Shown: positions 61,681-64,000 of the stretch, piece by piece
How the letters are laid out: each line of letters begins with the position of its first letter
Position numbering within the stretch: position 1 is the first letter of the stretch
NCBI GenBank assembly: GCA_963758525.1
Contig: CAVWVQ010000003.1
Location: 4,096,001-4,160,000, forward strand
Origin: an uncultured Phycisphaerales bacterium
GTDB lineage: Bacteria > Planctomycetota > Phycisphaerae > Tepidisphaerales > Tepidisphaeraceae
DNA length: 64,000 bases
Direction of reading: 5' to 3'
The notes under the pieces: generated by a model
Database searches by the model: none
Seen by the model: the letters and a program-made list of their open reading frames with translations, nothing else
What the model was told of the DNA's origin: nothing
Program-made: the position numbers and the translations under genes

Positions 61681-63339
61681 TTATTTGCCGCTGGCTTCTC
61701 CAACTTCCCATCCGCCGCCCAGCGCTTTGTAGAGGGCGACGAGATTTGCCGAGACGTTTTGCTCGCTCTGGACGAGTTGATCCTCGGACGCGAAGAGATC
61801 GCGTTGAGCGTCGAGCACGTTGAGAAAATCCGCCAGCCCCTTGGTGTAGAGGAGCGTGGCCAGTTGCACGGCGCGGCGATTGGCATCGGCCGAGTTGGCG
61901 AGGAACTGCCGGCGAATCTGCTCCTGCTGGTAGGCGGTCATGGCGTTCTCCACGTCCTCCAGGCTCGTGAGCACGACCTGCTTGTACTGAATCAGCGCTT
62001 CACGCTGGCGGGCGTCCTGGATGTGTATGTTCGACACGATCTTGCCGGCGTCGAAGATCGGCCAGCTGACGCTGGGGCCGATGTTCCAGAACAAGCTGTT
62101 GCCGCGGGCAAGATCCTTGAATTCCTGGCTCTCGAGTCCCAGGGCGCCTGTCAGGGAAAAACGCGGGAAAAGATCGGCCGTGGCGACGCCGATGCGCGCG
62201 GTGGCGGCGGCCAGTTGTCTCTCGGCGCGGCGGACGTCGGGCCGTCGCCGCAGCAGATCGGAGGGCAGACCGGTCGGGACCAACGAGGGCGGCGGCGGGG
62301 GAATCGGCGCTTCAGTGGACAGCTCTGCCAGAAGTGATTCGGGCGGTTCGCCAAGCAGGATGCCCAGGCGATGAATGCTCTGCTTCAGCGAGATTTCCAG
62401 GGTCGGAACCGCGGCCTCGGTGGTATTCACCTGAGCCTCGGCCCGGGCGACGTCCAGATCGGTCGCGAGACCGGCTTTGAAGCGGGATTGCGTCAGGTCG
62501 AGCGTGTCGCGCTGGGATTTGATGTTGTCGCCGGCAATGTGAATCTGCCGTTGCAGGCCGCGCACCTGGACATAATTGCGGGCGACGTCGCCCAGCAGCG
62601 TGAGCATCGCGTCGCGACGGGCGTTTTCCTGTGCCTCGACATCGGCATCGGCCGCCTCGACGCTGCGCCGGATTCCGCCGAAGACATCGATCTCCCAACT
62701 GGCATCGAAGCCCGCCTGATATAGCTGAATCTTGCTGGGGATTGAAAAGCCCGTTGAACCGCCGGCGCCGGCGGCATTGGGCCGGGCGAGATCGGTCTGC
62801 ACGCCCGGAGAATTTGGCGGCGGGGTGATCTGCGTCGGGGTGCTGCCGCCGTTGGTGGCTCCTCCGCCGAGGAAGCCCGCGAGGCCGGCGGTGCTGCTGA
62901 TGCGCGTGCGGTTGTACCCGCCGACGGTGTTGACCGTGGGGAAGAGATTTCCCGTGGATAGATCGCGCTGCGCCCGCGCTTCGATCACCCGCTCCTGGGC
63001 CAGTTGCAGGTCGAGATTGCTCGCCAGCGCCCGGGCGATGAGGTCGTCGAGCTTCGGATCGTTAAAAGATTGCCACCAGGTATACAGCGCGGGCGGCGAC
63101 GGCTGTGTCGTCGCGAACGACCCGGGAACATCCATCTTCGGCGCCTTGTAATTTGGACCGACCATGCAGCCGCCGACCGCGGCGGCGAGAGGTACGAGCG
63201 CCAGTCTGACGGCGCGACGCTTGAAGGAACGGTAACGCGTTTTGGTGGGGGCAATAGCTGCGTTACGCACCATTACACGTTCCCCGGTAACCGGGCACGT
63301 CCCAACGGGCACGAACCTGCCTGCGGACTCGCGATTCAC
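61681..63339 (-). CDS. Efflux outer-membrane lipoprotein (NodT/OprM family); true start uncertain
   Basis: Lipobox GGCMVGPNY, ASWEIDVFG, PSDLLRRRPDV, LYKALGGGW. Confidence 0.93.
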   Translation of the reverse strand: MNRESAGRFVPVGTCPVTGERVMVRNAAIAPTKTRYRSFKRRAVRLALVPLAAAVGGCMVGPNYKAPKMDVPGSFATTQPSPPALYTWWQSFNDPKLDDLIARALASNLDLQLAQERVIEARAQRDLSTGNLFPTVNTVGGYNRTRISSTAGLAGFLGGGATNGGSTPTQITPPPNSPGVQTDLARPNAAGAGGSTGFSIPSKIQLYQAGFDASWEIDVFGGIRRSVEAADADVEAQENARRDAMLTLLGDVARNYVQVRGLQRQIHIAGDNIKSQRDTLDLTQSRFKAGLATDLDVARAEAQVNTTEAAVPTLEISLKQSIHRLGILLGEPPESLLAELSTEAPIPPPPPSLVPTGLPSDLLRRRPDVRRAERQLAAATARIGVATADLFPRFSLTGALGLESQEFKDLARGNSLFWNIGPSVSWPIFDAGKIVSNIHIQDARQREALIQYKQVVLTSLEDVENAMTAYQQEQIRRQFLANSADANRRAVQLATLLYTKGLADFLNVLDAQRDLFASEDQLVQSEQNVSANLVALYKALGGGWEVGEASGK

Positions 63340-64000
63340 AGATTGCCTCCTTCGGCACTTGCGGCAGTCATGGAACTCTTTACCGGCGCCACTTCCGGTG
63401 CGTCAATGAAGACGTCCATCTGTTGGCCAACGTACACCGGAAGCGCGGTCCGGTCGAATGCGTAGATCACCTGGAGAACCCGCGTGTCAACGCGCTCGGT
63501 GCTGTCGCCGGTGAGAGATTTCTTGGGTATCACATACGGCTCGATGCGTACGATGCGGAGGTGTGTGCTCAGCTGCGGGTTTCCGCGCACAAAAGCGGTT
63601 GCCGCCGCGGTGTTGCTGACACGCCAGGCGTCGTTTTCATCCACATCCACGCGGACGTGAAGCTCGTCGACATTGCCCAGCAGCATCAGCGGCGTGGCGA
63701 GCGGACCGGCCTGGGCGAATTCACCGAGGCGGAGATTGACCTGCAGAACCTCTCCCTCCACCGGAGCCGTGACCGTCATGCGTTCGATGTCCACTTGCGT
63801 GGCGTGCATCTGCGCCTGCGCCGCAGCGACCTGCGCGGCTCGACTCAAGTTGCGCCTCGCCGGTCTGCATTGCAAATTTCTTGCGATCCAAATCCTGGCG
63901 GCTCACCGCGCGGGCATCCGAAACAGATTGGAAAAAATCGAGCTGATTCTTCAGATCATCAAGCTCGGCCTGATCGACGTTGAGCTTCGCCTCTGCGGAA
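63336..64000 (-). CDS. Efflux periplasmic adaptor subunit, C-terminal part (frameshift near 63850; runs off window end)
   Basis: VTAPVEGEVL...GEFA, VRVDVDE, RIEPYVIPKKSLTGDSTERVDTRVLQV, VGQQMDVFI. Confidence 0.88.

Overview
GC-rich bacterial DNA, most consistent with a Planctomycetota (Phycisphaerae-like) genome, inferred from a LEPRxLL-type secreted protein and the intergenic repeat families. About 13 isolated single-base frameshifts suggest an unpolished long-read assembly. Left to right: tdh-kbl; a LuxR-type regulator and ABC exporter; a ~12 kb CgeB-glycosyltransferase/epimerase/methyltransferase operon; a decayed large serine recombinase; a ~25 kb island (43-bp direct repeats at 19435-19477 and 44366-44408) integrated at tRNA-fMet with its tyrosine integrase, carrying a type IV pilus/T2SS-like cluster with signalling genes; then an S53 peptidase, crcB-DUF190, a sugar-acid operon, a HepT/MntA pair and efflux genes. 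The standout is two near-identical 1695-bp IS110-family (IS1111-type) elements, each inserted at the same position of the prepilin cleavage motif (A/G-F-T-L-I-E) in adjacent pilin genes. Their non-coding region carries four bridge-RNA-like guide segments that spell the target GGC TTC ACA CTG (Gly-Phe-Thr-Leu) and the element's own circle junction. The element is exactly 565 codons, stop-free in the pilin frame, and ends by encoding a new basic leader and Gly-Phe cleavage site (RKRNGFRRPLHG/FTLIE). It may therefore be removed at the protein level by the host prepilin peptidase; this last step is inference and untested.
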